DNA of 64,000 nt, taken from the IMG/VR virus record IMGVR_UViG_3300006045_001036. One strand, written 5' to 3'. Within the stretch, counting starts at the first letter, position 1. Every line of letters starts with the position of its first letter. This document shows, piece after piece, positions 17,601-26,948 of the stretch. The notes under the pieces are model-generated. The model made no database searches. It was given only the letters and a program-made list of their open reading frames with translations, and was not told the DNA's origin. Made by a program: the position numbers and the translations under genes. This DNA comes from a virus (taxonomy: Duplodnaviria > Caudoviricetes).

Positions 17601-18582
17601 CTATGGATTTGTCACTGGCTGTACCGCTTATTTTTGTCGAAACATCTTCACGGTTTACTTTGACATTGGCTCCACCGCTTGTCGCAAGTATACATTGTCC
17701 GTAACCCATTCCCCATTCGTTGGGGATTGTTGCTCCTGTTCCTATGGTGTCGCCAAGGTCTGCAAGCATATCGGGGATTCCCGCCGTACCCGCATCGTTA
17801 GTTGTTAGTATGCTCCCTGCAGAGTTAGTTGCTTTGTAGAGTGCTTCAAGGCTTAGTCCTTTGACAACGAGACGGAGGGGGAAACCATTGAATCTTGCGG
17901 CATAGGTGTTATTACTCGCTGTTGTTATTGGAGTTGTATCCTGCGAACCGCCTTTCGGCACGATTATAAATGAGATATACCCTGCTGTCCGTAATCCTGT
18001 AACCATGTTAGAGCTGTTTTTGAAATATCCCGCCCTGTTGCCTTTGTCATCAGAGATGTATGCGTCAATGATGTGGCTGAATGCTTCGAGGGATTTACGA
18101 TTGGCTTCACGGTCATTAGTCGAATGACTGTCAGGAAGCACGGAGTCAGCCGTTGTCGGCTGTGCCGTGGTATTTGTCGGAGCGTTCGGGTGTGGTGTGC
18201 CGTTGCTTTGTGATTGATTAGGAGTTGTACCGCTACGTATGGGCGGTGTCTCCACACCAGAAGTGTGTTGTCTCGGTAGCAACGGAGTAATAACAGGCAT
18301 ATAACCGAAATCTGCACCATAACAACGCACTGTTACTCTCCAGCGATTTGAACCAAGATTAACCCACTGTCCTACTCCGTTACCCGAAGCGAACGCAGGT
18401 ATGGTTATTCTTGACGAAATCCCTTGCATCATTAACTGCTGCCAACGCCATTCAGGGATTTTAACACTGTCAGGTAATTCAGGCGGTAATTGACGTAAAA
18501 AGCTTTCGTAAGCGGATATACCAACATTTCTTCCTAAGTTATGAAGTTGTTTTGTAGACATATTAATACAAAGTCCTTCCAT
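14611..18582 (-). CDS. Tail fibre / receptor-binding protein with C-terminal glycine-rich domain
   Basis: IKDKAVTPNKI/ITRDKL fibre repeats; GKYLMECWGAEGG...GGGG...AGGGGG...GHGKVIIT Gly-rich domain. Confidence 0.75.
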   Translation of the reverse strand: MEGLCINMSTKQLHNLGRNVGISAYESFLRQLPPELPDSVKIPEWRWQQLMMQGISSRITIPAFASGNGVGQWVNLGSNRWRVTVRCYGADFGYMPVITPLLPRQHTSGVETPPIRSGTTPNQSQSNGTPHPNAPTNTTAQPTTADSVLPDSHSTNDREANRKSLEAFSHIIDAYISDDKGNRAGYFKNSSNMVTGLRTAGYISFIIVPKGGSQDTTPITTASNNTYAARFNGFPLRLVVKGLSLEALYKATNSAGSILTTNDAGTAGIPDMLADLGDTIGTGATIPNEWGMGYGQCILATSGGANVKVNREDVSTKISGTASDKSIVFVETPFEKFSVPAIRNVEDKANYYEDAPYPSGNANVGGTATERDPRYFSVDDPVTWGKILRNLSRSGVNAIDKGLFPDPSHSAYVSGRNAPVTRYSTVLINPSTGNITGVRGSTSPSPLTMQGTVQSNGTGLTSDGGVVFAEDGESRDFNIEFGRVMEADKDVFLTLDVPSAMHMVSTLSRTENTNGCTTMHLVRIRGSEKRTFTSLQGAYNDSEEYDWSSNNPNPTFKTFNPANTDSDFATMARLAVSFSDVSESLTERISGSFRLKIPYGTGDNQVQNGDRLAIRCVNWGSTTSPSRITPTGVGAGGHSSSFGPRWGLPRIPETGSGNVFVFRVRDTVNAIYPLDFRQYIAAWDVDYDPVTQTVRTYNAANRTGHKFPENTSIAVTQKRLANIVVGNDTPDDDTWGESDSLYVILKKTWGQILKFGEKSFRTDDGDVMLPSRLPTTDTSYRALTSAEEANRKLDNNSTNNEVVIPVAIKDKAVTPNKILPHNRNNSPASSGDMLMRSLNKASNNDRNSEWGKLTNDMIPPGEITRDKLDEGWEFHCTKGEQQITLSAGKYLMECWGAEGGGDRSDRSGLDGRNQGGMGMYKSAEVRLSAPCTFYIGVGEKPSNNGVGGFPQGGDAGDGSRHATLNLPRGYGGGGCSYVRVYPCRDVSSITRIGGTFVKDEKNIGDAVGQNYSYPIGDSTNASTVTLELEYTPASHLNRSGWNHFSSRCIIQSITRNNSLVDLSASGLRYEVSAYDTETGVTRILQSEATVPTTEPSNLPAVGSNIDWKYSIGHLLRKSNGSDFTTEELAGTTAVRVLIKNIPNGSSGTFQIRCTRNSTSHSTDLGGVSGDLMIFKIVARTQNIIEDFKPFQLFYNPNSPISGKGEPILCAGGGGGASMITNGRPTNLTSTDHEGNTTNADSYGAGGHSLSSDWGGGGSGNLGGAGAVNINAGGNAGRSSIDTDATRQNGYITGSNPISSITDPGLSKPRNYGHGKVIITKKLT

Positions 18583-20191
18583 TCATATTTAACTCGTTGT
18601 CAGTGTGTTCTACATAGTCCTGTCGGAATAAATCACGAGACAAGTCAAGTGCAAGAAGCTGTACTTTCCACTCAATCTGCACTACCTGACCTTTACCGAC
18701 TCGGGGGATTGAACGTTGAAGCTGACGCATCCTACGTCTGTAGCGTTGAGCAGCCGTGACCAAAATTCGCTCGCCGACATAACTCTTATCTTCTCCGTTC
18801 GGTACATCATAAAAATCATCTGTCAAATCCTGCGGAGACCATTCTTTAGGGAATACACGATAACCAGCAAGCAATTCGGCAGGAGCTTGGTATCGGTTTC
18901 GTAAGATTTCGGGAATATCCGGATTGTTAGGATATTTTTCACCGTTCCACCGAGTTCCCCACAGTCCGCATTCGGGAATGAAGAGATAATCTCTATCCCC
19001 TCGCATAGATTTCAAAGCACCGAGAGATATCAACGCAGTGTAAACAACGTCGATTGAGCGAACTGTTTCCGCTGTGTTCATACCATCGGTACGAGACATA
19101 GGGTAGAACGCTCTTCTTGCTTGTATCGGTACACGGTTATGTTGATGAGTCACCAATTCACATTCTAAAGGCAGAGGGGAAGGAACTGGCAAACCTGTTG
19201 CACTTCCGACATTACAACAACTACAATGACAGTTACAGTCAGGGTTGCCGCAGAGATTGATTCCCTCGACTTGACGGCGGTAATTCTCTTTTTCATCAAT
19301 GTAAACAAAAACTCTCGACCCTGCGGGGAGTGTTCCCCCGCCGAAAGCTGATTGTATAAATACCTTGTTTTGATTTGCGGCACGGTCAATATCAACAATC
19401 ACCCGAGGACCCACAATATCTGTTTCATTTCGGCGAATATATAGCAAATCTCCTATTCGAAAAGATGAAGCGTCTGCTACCCTTAGCTCGACAGCCGTGC
19501 TGTTTTCTTGAAAACTTAATGTTGTCGGAGCAACGTACTCATAGCCTCGGATATAATCATCGACGTGCTGTGCGTATGGAATTCCTATGCCGCTTTTCTT
19601 TCTCTCGTTATTATCATACTGCCACATAACATCCTCTGTTCGAATATCGGCGTCAAATCCTGGAGCATGAGTGAAGTAATTTCTTCTCGGTATTTTTATC
19701 GAGCTATTCGAGTCATTAACGCTGATTGAAGTAGTTACAGGATGTGGGTATCGGTAGTGTAGATTATCTCCGATTTGTTTCGTTTCTACGCCGTTATACC
19801 AAAGCTCACCGCCGTCAATAGAACTTAACAGAGGAACTCTTCTGCGTGTCGGGATATCTTGAGGGAAATGTAGCGTATTAATGTCGTCAACAGGCTCGTT
19901 GTCTTCTTCCCACATCTGAGCAAGTTGAATTGCATTTCCTTCAGAATCTTCGCCAACACCGTTTAATCCCATTGTCCCAAGTGAAATATACTGCGGCAAG
20001 TAGTTTTTCAACAAACCGCCGACATTATCAAACCCATATCCTTGCAAGTAGTGAGCAATCCCCTCTAACAAAGTTGTGGTTACAGAGTTTTGCCCTTTAT
20101 GAACTTGGTCTACTCGCCCAGTGGCTTCGTCAATAACTTTTATAGTGACATTATTAATTGCGGTAGCAGTTTTGTGGCTTTTCATTCGCAC
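18563..20191 (-). CDS. Baseplate/tail-fibre attachment protein
   Basis: Position; N-terminal NNVTIKVID...GQNSVT...ISLGT pattern typical of tail structural proteins. Confidence 0.55.
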   Translation of the reverse strand: MRMKSHKTATAINNVTIKVIDEATGRVDQVHKGQNSVTTTLLEGIAHYLQGYGFDNVGGLLKNYLPQYISLGTMGLNGVGEDSEGNAIQLAQMWEEDNEPVDDINTLHFPQDIPTRRRVPLLSSIDGGELWYNGVETKQIGDNLHYRYPHPVTTSISVNDSNSSIKIPRRNYFTHAPGFDADIRTEDVMWQYDNNERKKSGIGIPYAQHVDDYIRGYEYVAPTTLSFQENSTAVELRVADASSFRIGDLLYIRRNETDIVGPRVIVDIDRAANQNKVFIQSAFGGGTLPAGSRVFVYIDEKENYRRQVEGINLCGNPDCNCHCSCCNVGSATGLPVPSPLPLECELVTHQHNRVPIQARRAFYPMSRTDGMNTAETVRSIDVVYTALISLGALKSMRGDRDYLFIPECGLWGTRWNGEKYPNNPDIPEILRNRYQAPAELLAGYRVFPKEWSPQDLTDDFYDVPNGEDKSYVGERILVTAAQRYRRRMRQLQRSIPRVGKGQVVQIEWKVQLLALDLSRDLFRQDYVEHTDNELNMNGRTLY

Positions 20192-20197
20192 ACTCCT

Positions 20198-20863
20198 TTA
20201 CGGTATTTCGTCGGCGAAGATAAATTTATCAGAATTATTTTCGTAACTTGAAGGGTCAATTAAAACCACGGCTTGGTTGAGGGAGTTGAAATTACCTATT
20301 TTAATCTCATTCTTATCAATCAAATCTTGGTCTACCCTGACGTGAAGATTATAAGCGGTAAACCCCGCTCGGTCTCGGTCAAGCATCTCATTAAAGGTGA
20401 AAGCGTCGGGATAAGGCTTTGCGTTTGTTGGTCTGCCGCCTAATGTTTGCCCGTATCGTGTATACTGAGCAGGTAAGTAATTCGCCCAACGTGGTCGTGT
20501 TGTCGGGTTGTCGTTCGTAGGTTTCCACATCCAAATATCATAAGAAGACAGTTGTAACAAGGAAAATGCCGCAGGAGGTGCAAGTGGGTTTAATCCGCTT
20601 GCAGTTCTCAGAATTGGATTACCACCGCTCGTTATCAACTCAGAATATTGTTCTGCCAGAGGGATTCCCAACATCCGATTATCTTGTGGAACACTCCGAC
20701 CTTGGAAGATGTTATACTCTGCTGTTGATAGCGTTTCTTGTGCTATTGTTGTTCCGTTTGCTCGGGTGTCTCTTATATAACTCGGTGTGTTAGGAGAGCG
20801 AGGCAGTTTGCCATCCATCATTGCATGAGTATACCCGCTATTGTGATTAGCCAATTTGCTCAC
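20198..20863 (-). CDS. Hypothetical tail-region protein
   Basis: 221-aa ORF, AAGGAG RBS. Confidence 0.55.
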   Translation of the reverse strand: MSKLANHNSGYTHAMMDGKLPRSPNTPSYIRDTRANGTTIAQETLSTAEYNIFQGRSVPQDNRMLGIPLAEQYSELITSGGNPILRTASGLNPLAPPAAFSLLQLSSYDIWMWKPTNDNPTTRPRWANYLPAQYTRYGQTLGGRPTNAKPYPDAFTFNEMLDRDRAGFTAYNLHVRVDQDLIDKNEIKIGNFNSLNQAVVLIDPSSYENNSDKFIFADEIP

Positions 20864-20918
20864 TCCTTCCCAATTTAACCTACTGTGAAAGAGTTTATCG
20901 AATTACGAACAAAGCACA

Positions 20919-20951
20919 AAAATACCGAGGATAAGATTCCTCGGTATTTTT
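20919..20951. terminator. Bidirectional terminator
   Basis: AAAAATACCGAGGA...TCCTCGGTATTTTT. Confidence 0.75.
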
Positions 20952-20965
20952 GAAAGTGGCGAGTG

Positions 20966-21532
20966 TTACAGTTTCCCCAACCATTTATCTATGCCATCAT
21001 AGGCATCATCGTAGTTATTATAAGTAGCTTTTGCACAACCGCTTACTACGATATTATGCAGTTTCCACCTTTGCTTTGGATTTCCTGTCAATTTTGCTGA
21101 CTGTGCTTGATGCTTCTTGTTATCTTGTTTCTCCAAAGGAGCTTTCTCTGCGTTTGTTTTTCTTGCATGGCGAAAATGATTAGATAATCGAAATATGATT
21201 AGACATTTACTCGTGCTGTTGGGCGGGAAAAAGTACCAATAGTGAGACATCCCGCTCTGCTCGCTAATGACATAATCAAGTGGCTCAATGTTATGAGTAT
21301 AAAACAACCCCATAACACTTTGTACAAAATCTTCGTATTCGCCTAATACGAAGTTTTCAATGACAGCTCCCGATGCTATCTTAGTCGTAGGATAGGACGC
21401 CGCAATCGGGACAGTTTTGTCTAACCCCTCCAACTCCACATCTACCACGATAACATTTTCCAACGATATGCCGTGTTGTGTAGCCAGTTGCTGTATTGAT
21501 TTTGCACTGCTTAATAATCTAATCATTATCAA
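20966..21532 (-). CDS. Moron-like gene with MIRLLSS leader
   Basis: Own promoter and terminator; SHYWYF...FRLSNH motif. Confidence 0.7.
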   Translation of the reverse strand: MIMIRLLSSAKSIQQLATQHGISLENVIVVDVELEGLDKTVPIAASYPTTKIASGAVIENFVLGEYEDFVQSVMGLFYTHNIEPLDYVISEQSGMSHYWYFFPPNSTSKCLIIFRLSNHFRHARKTNAEKAPLEKQDNKKHQAQSAKLTGNPKQRWKLHNIVVSGCAKATYNNYDDAYDGIDKWLGKL

Positions 21533-21553
21533 TCACCTCGCTTTACTTTATTA

Positions 21554-21582
21554 ATGCTACCACGAATTAATGATTTTGTCAA
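21554..21582 (-). promoter_or_regulatory. sigma-A-like promoter for the moron
   Basis: TTGACA-17-TAGCAT with extended TG. Confidence 0.6.
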
Positions 21583-21584
21583 GA

Positions 21585-23927
21585 TTAATCCTCGTTTCCT
21601 GTCGGCTTTTGCTTATCTTTAGGAATGCTCGTAACTTTCAAACCATCGGTGATTGTGTTCTCAGCATCAACTTTCGGCACGTTTTCAAGTGTTGGGTTAA
21701 CTCCAGGAGCTAAAGCCCACGCATCATTCCCAACATTGAGATATTCGGGAGTTCCTGTCAGCAAGGCATTCCCTGTACCGTTGTCGTCTCCAAATCGGAT
21801 TTTGCCCCGCAGTAAATTCAGTTGTAAGGTTTGACCAGCACTTTCTTCAAGAGCCGAAGGAAGTTCTTCCGCCGTCAACCGCTCGTCAGCGTATTGAAGA
21901 TTGAACATTCGTACTTTCTCTTGTTTGTCACCGCTCATCCAATCCACGGTAATCGGAGAAGGATTCCCTGTCTTGTTTCTTGTATGAGTCGGCAGATATC
22001 CGAGTTCGAAGATTTTCGGCATAAGTCGCTTGACAGTGTGTTCGTTGTTAGATAATTGGAAAGAATACAGCGTGTTGTACCCTGCATCGTATTCAGGCGG
22101 GAGTACGTAAGGGTTATAGTTCGCAAGGTCAGGATTGCCTTGGTGTGGTTGACTTGGGTCAAGCGGTCTTTTATTTGGGTTTGAGTTCTGGTCAGGGTCG
22201 ATATTCGTACTGTTCCTTGACCAAAACTTTTTACGATTGTGATTAGGGATAAGAGTTCCTCGGGGAGAAGGAAATATCCGCTTAAACAGAGCTTGCGTGG
22301 AAGATGTGCTCATTAACTCACGAATAACTTCTTTTCTTGGTACATTGGTTGTGCTTACGACCTCCGCATTCTCGTTTTTAAATACGCTTGCTTCTGTAGA
22401 AAAACTTCGACGACGGTTTTCTCTGTACGTGGTTTGACCTCCGACAGTATTCTCAAAAACAGTGAATATCGCTGTACCAACAGGCAGGGTAAGTTCCCAT
22501 TTCGCCTCTCCTGCTTTATTCAAAATAATAATACTTGAAGCCTTGTTAATATCAGTGATAGTACGAAGATTAGTTCCATCTGTCGTATTACCGTCACGAC
22601 GAAAAGATATTTGGTCTCCAATACGGAATTGGAAAATGCTAACAACCCTTATCGCCGTTGCCCCGCTCTCCATCCGGTGAGACAGGGTTGTCGGCGAAAC
22701 AAATTGCTCGGTATCGTATATCGGTTTGCCATTATCATCCCACCCTATTTCCTGTGCAATATTCGCAGCATTGTCTTCAAGCCATTGTTGGAAACCCGCA
22801 TTATCAGAACTTTGGTATAGTGGGTGGTTTAATTCGTCTCGTAATGGTGGTTGACCTGCATCAGTCCATGTTGCAGGGTTAGTAGTATCCGTACCGTCGT
22901 TTAACGGAATTGAGTGTGTCGGTCGTGAATTGTTTGTCTGCGGGTTAAGTCCGTCAGCCCCGCTACCACTCAATCTTGGTAATTCAATATTCTGCGGATT
23001 GAGACCTGCAAATGGGTGAGCAGCGTATTGTTGCAGTGTAGAAAAGTCAGGACGATTATAATCACCGATACCGCCGTAAATTGACGGCGAAAACTTCTCA
23101 TTCGGGTTAATTCGAGTGTTGTCCGCAAGCTGGTCACCCAGGGACGGATGAATTAATATACGGTTGTGAGCTGAGAGTTTTACCCCCGCTTGTTGGAAAA
23201 GATAAAGCCCGAGAGGTCTAACATATTCTAAACAAGCGTCCGTAGGCACGACTTCAGAGAAGTATACGACGTTAATGTAATAAGGTTCATTTCGCACAAA
23301 TCGCACTCTTCCCTGTGAATCCTTCAACAAAGCATCCGAGTTAACGCTGACAGCGACAGCGTTATTTGGTAGAGTAGTCTCGTCTAATCGGTCTTCGGTG
23401 ATTGCCCTCGCTCTCATCTCGGCTTCAAAATTCACAGCGTCCGACTTAACCGTGAGTTTTGGGTCAGCGTTGTGGTCGATGCCGTTATAAGCGACACCGC
23501 CTGTATTTTCGTCAACAACTTCAACACCTCGGGAATAAGCGTTACGGAAATTGTCAATGAAATATTGAAATTCTCTGTCTGACACCGCATCCATATTGTC
23601 AAGCCCCAAGGACGCCAAATTCGTTAAAGCTCCGATTGTTACCCCTGTTCGACTACCACGGTTATAAATCATACTTGGAAAATGGTAGAGTACAAGGCGA
23701 TTAAACTGCGGTTGAAATCTCCAGTCGTATACAAACCCCATTCGGTGAGCAAGCAAGGGGATAAGGTTTTCTTGAACTTGAAGCGGGTCAAGATTATCAG
23801 TTATACGGTCAGTTTTGTCAGATGTTTCGGAAAACGCTTGGTCGATTGCGTTAAGAAATACTTGAAATTCCTCCGACTCCCGCCAGTAGGTTTCGGGAGT
23901 TAGGTTAATAGATTTAATGATTGCCAT
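21585..23927 (-). CDS. Baseplate wedge protein (P2 gpI-like N-terminus)
   Basis: DPLQVQENLIPLLAHRMGF...RGSRTGV motif; follows gp6/J-like gene. Confidence 0.7.
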   Translation of the reverse strand: MAIIKSINLTPETYWRESEEFQVFLNAIDQAFSETSDKTDRITDNLDPLQVQENLIPLLAHRMGFVYDWRFQPQFNRLVLYHFPSMIYNRGSRTGVTIGALTNLASLGLDNMDAVSDREFQYFIDNFRNAYSRGVEVVDENTGGVAYNGIDHNADPKLTVKSDAVNFEAEMRARAITEDRLDETTLPNNAVAVSVNSDALLKDSQGRVRFVRNEPYYINVVYFSEVVPTDACLEYVRPLGLYLFQQAGVKLSAHNRILIHPSLGDQLADNTRINPNEKFSPSIYGGIGDYNRPDFSTLQQYAAHPFAGLNPQNIELPRLSGSGADGLNPQTNNSRPTHSIPLNDGTDTTNPATWTDAGQPPLRDELNHPLYQSSDNAGFQQWLEDNAANIAQEIGWDDNGKPIYDTEQFVSPTTLSHRMESGATAIRVVSIFQFRIGDQISFRRDGNTTDGTNLRTITDINKASSIIILNKAGEAKWELTLPVGTAIFTVFENTVGGQTTYRENRRRSFSTEASVFKNENAEVVSTTNVPRKEVIRELMSTSSTQALFKRIFPSPRGTLIPNHNRKKFWSRNSTNIDPDQNSNPNKRPLDPSQPHQGNPDLANYNPYVLPPEYDAGYNTLYSFQLSNNEHTVKRLMPKIFELGYLPTHTRNKTGNPSPITVDWMSGDKQEKVRMFNLQYADERLTAEELPSALEESAGQTLQLNLLRGKIRFGDDNGTGNALLTGTPEYLNVGNDAWALAPGVNPTLENVPKVDAENTITDGLKVTSIPKDKQKPTGNED

Positions 23928-23951
23928 GATTACCTCCTTGCCGTAAAAATC

Positions 23952-26138
23952 CTATTCACTGCGAAAATCGTTAATACACTCGGGAGCCACAACCAACGAC
24001 CGCCAAGGCGAGCCATCGGCAAACCGTCCCATTCTTACAGGGTTTGCGGGTTCTCCGATATACCGTGCAAACGATATGAAATTGAAATAGTCAATATCCA
24101 TCCCTTCGTCATACTCAATTGCTGGGTGTCCAACCGTCCCTGGGTCATAGAAACGAATATTCTCATCTGCTTCCAGTATAACTTCCGTTAAATCAAGCAA
24201 CTTTGGTTTCTCGGACATACGAGCGTTTCCGGGAGCATAAGCGATGGAAATTGCTTGTTTGATTTTGTTAATAAGTAACTCGGCATTCTGTTTTGATACA
24301 GGGCGGTGAGTGTAGATTGTACCGACACAAAACCAGTTAAACACTCTAATATATCCGAAGCTGATAGTCGCCGTCATAACTTGGAGTGCCTCGTAGTCTG
24401 CTCGAATAAGCTCTTGAACTTTATTTGACGGCTTATATCGGTGGAAATGTCCTCCCGTTGTCTCTATATCTGAGTGTAAGTCTGTATCAGTTGTTACCTG
24501 TGTCATGTCGAAGTCGTTCCAAACAGCAAAACACATTGCAGTATGTGTTTTGAAGTTGGCATCAAACAGCAATTTCGTCGGGTCTTCGGGGTCGTAGCCG
24601 ATTGCAGATTCCCAGTCAATAACATAGTTTGAGCGGGTGAAATCACGGTTGGTAATATACTGACCGTTTTTCTTGTCATCGGGTATGAGTGGGTGAGCGT
24701 ATATCGCTTTATTAATCTCAATAGCTTTCTGACAATCGAGAACAACCCCTGTACTAATTCCCGGACTTGAGAGTAAAAACCGCAAGAAATCATGAACGGT
24801 TGACAGAGAGTACCATGTGTTAATATACAGACGTGAATTTTCTCGAGCCTCATTAGCTGTTTCAGGCGATTTACCTGTGAACGTCCAAGTATGCGGTATC
24901 TCAATTGTGTTGGGAAGGTTCTGCACCCCGACATACTCCGCAGCCGATTGACCGTTAAAAGTATTGTCTTTACGCCCAACCATTGCCGATATGTCGATAT
25001 CGTCTGTTTCGTTGATTCTGGCAAGAGTGAGATTTCCGAGCATATTTTCACCGACAGAACCCAAAGCCCCTGTCGTATCTATCCAGTGTACTATAAGACG
25101 GTTATTACGCAAATTATCCATTGCACCGAGGTACGGTGAAATCTCGATTTGTGCATTGTCGTATATATCCGTAGTTATCGCAAATCTCGGTTGAGGTTCG
25201 ATGAATTCAGCAGTCGATTGAAGTTGTACCCAGTTTTGAGTAAAGACGTTGGAGTCATCAGACACCCAAACACATGACTTGTCGATGTGTTGTGACGGAA
25301 GCGGAATTACGTAATCATTATTAATTACTTCATTAACCGATACAGCGAAAGACCGTAACGTACCTTCGATACCGAGAACCGAAGCCGACTGAGCGTGTCG
25401 AGAGCAGTCATAAGTACCGTCTTCGTTTTCGGGGAACTCAACAACAACTTCAAAAGGTTCAGCAGACAGAGCTTGCCGAGGGTTAATAGAGAAATCTCGA
25501 TACCGCCGTGAATCCGAGCGTCCCATAGATGACGAGAACGGAATGATGTTGTATATTATTTGCCGAGGGTCTCCGTTTACATCAGTCTCAGCCGTCACGG
25601 TTGCAAAATCCTGACCGTTATATCCTAAGTCAAGAACCGCTTTTGAAACAAATTCTTCGGGGAAATCCTTCTTCGACAGATTCTTCAACGAAGTAACTAC
25701 TTCAACAGGACTTAACGCACCTTCCGCCGTATTCGGGACAACAGGCGGGGGAAGAGTGAAAGATATTTCGGTTTTTGCCGCAGTATACTGAGCTAAGTAG
25801 TAATTGTGTTGAGCAAGAATACGAGCTATGTTCTTTCGCTGTTTGACAGAGTCAAGAAAACATTCACCCGCCATCTCATCAAGGGCTTTTGCCGCAATGT
25901 TATTAACGGAAGCAATCTGGTGGTATAGTACGTACCCTGGGTCATCTCCTGCCTCAGGACGCCAGAGCTTCGTCATAACTGCTGTATTCGTAATCAAATC
26001 AGACAGCGTTGATTCAAAGTCCCGAGACACGTAATTAATTGTCATCTTTGTTTTTAAGTCTTCCAATTCTCGCCGTTTTTCATCCATACGGTTGTGAAAA
26101 GCATCGAGATGATTGTCAAATCTATTAAGATTATCCAT
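23952..26138 (-). CDS. Baseplate wedge protein (T4 gp6 / baseplate J-like)
   Basis: NYVSRDFES, FLDSVKQRKNI, GKSPETANEARENS motifs. Confidence 0.8.
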   Translation of the reverse strand: MDNLNRFDNHLDAFHNRMDEKRRELEDLKTKMTINYVSRDFESTLSDLITNTAVMTKLWRPEAGDDPGYVLYHQIASVNNIAAKALDEMAGECFLDSVKQRKNIARILAQHNYYLAQYTAAKTEISFTLPPPVVPNTAEGALSPVEVVTSLKNLSKKDFPEEFVSKAVLDLGYNGQDFATVTAETDVNGDPRQIIYNIIPFSSSMGRSDSRRYRDFSINPRQALSAEPFEVVVEFPENEDGTYDCSRHAQSASVLGIEGTLRSFAVSVNEVINNDYVIPLPSQHIDKSCVWVSDDSNVFTQNWVQLQSTAEFIEPQPRFAITTDIYDNAQIEISPYLGAMDNLRNNRLIVHWIDTTGALGSVGENMLGNLTLARINETDDIDISAMVGRKDNTFNGQSAAEYVGVQNLPNTIEIPHTWTFTGKSPETANEARENSRLYINTWYSLSTVHDFLRFLLSSPGISTGVVLDCQKAIEINKAIYAHPLIPDDKKNGQYITNRDFTRSNYVIDWESAIGYDPEDPTKLLFDANFKTHTAMCFAVWNDFDMTQVTTDTDLHSDIETTGGHFHRYKPSNKVQELIRADYEALQVMTATISFGYIRVFNWFCVGTIYTHRPVSKQNAELLINKIKQAISIAYAPGNARMSEKPKLLDLTEVILEADENIRFYDPGTVGHPAIEYDEGMDIDYFNFISFARYIGEPANPVRMGRFADGSPWRSLVVAPECINDFRSE

Positions 26139-26156
26139 TATTGATTTCTCCTATCG

Positions 26157-26633
26157 TTATTTATTCCAGTCTGCCGACCAACGGAAGCTGCCTCGGGTTG
26201 TATTCCCGTCCGAATCAATGTTTTCCATTTTGATATCGACCTCAATTTCACTGAATCGGGTAACGATTGCTACCGTGGCTTCGAGTTTGTTCGGAGAAAC
26301 TTCTTCTGCGTCTCCGTTAACATCTCCGTATTTATTTGCGGGACGTTTAGCCAGTACAGTCATTTCGGGAAACACCATCGGTTCATATTTAGCCAACTGG
26401 TCTTTTATCCGTTGTTCCAACAAAGCGTGAGTAATCGGAGTATTGTACCTAAGTTGATACTGAGGAAAACCAACCCCAAAATCAACACCGTTATATAGCT
26501 GTCCTGGACAGGACAAAAGCAACAGACGAGTGCGGTTAGTCACACTCGCATCGTCTTCCAAAACTGCCACACGATTTCTCGCACCGTCAAACATACGAGG
26601 GAATCGCAGAGAGGTTGTCATAGCCATAATCAA
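26157..26633 (-). CDS. gp25/GPW-like baseplate protein
   Basis: LLLLSCPGQLYNGVDFGVG...IKDQLAKYEP. Confidence 0.75.
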   Translation of the reverse strand: MIMAMTTSLRFPRMFDGARNRVAVLEDDASVTNRTRLLLLSCPGQLYNGVDFGVGFPQYQLRYNTPITHALLEQRIKDQLAKYEPMVFPEMTVLAKRPANKYGDVNGDAEEVSPNKLEATVAIVTRFSEIEVDIKMENIDSDGNTTRGSFRWSADWNK

Positions 26634-26935
26634 GACCTTCCTTCTATATTAGCACTGCCGAGCAGTGAACCCATTCTATTTACTACTACCCAATCTTCCT
26701 TGTTGTTTCTCGTAGACTCCAACATTACGGTTTCGCCGTTTACGAGCGGAGAAGAAAACATTGCACATTGATACTGCGGGAGCTTGTTGTCAGGTATTCG
26801 ATTATGCCGTTCTTGTGAACCACGGTAATCTCGTATATTTGCCGCACCGTGTATTGAGGGAATCCGCAGTTTTACCCACGTAGTTCCGTCAGGGCGGGTC
26901 TCAGACCTACCAACGACTGTTCCGTATATAATCAT
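26630..26935 (-). CDS. gp5/gpV N-terminal OB-fold-like baseplate protein
   Basis: GTVV...VKLRIPSIHG...GETVML pattern; between hub and gp25. Confidence 0.55.
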   Translation of the reverse strand: MIIYGTVVGRSETRPDGTTWVKLRIPSIHGAANIRDYRGSQERHNRIPDNKLPQYQCAMFSSPLVNGETVMLESTRNNKEDWVVVNRMGSLLGSANIEGRS

Positions 26936-26948
26936 ACCAATACCTCTA

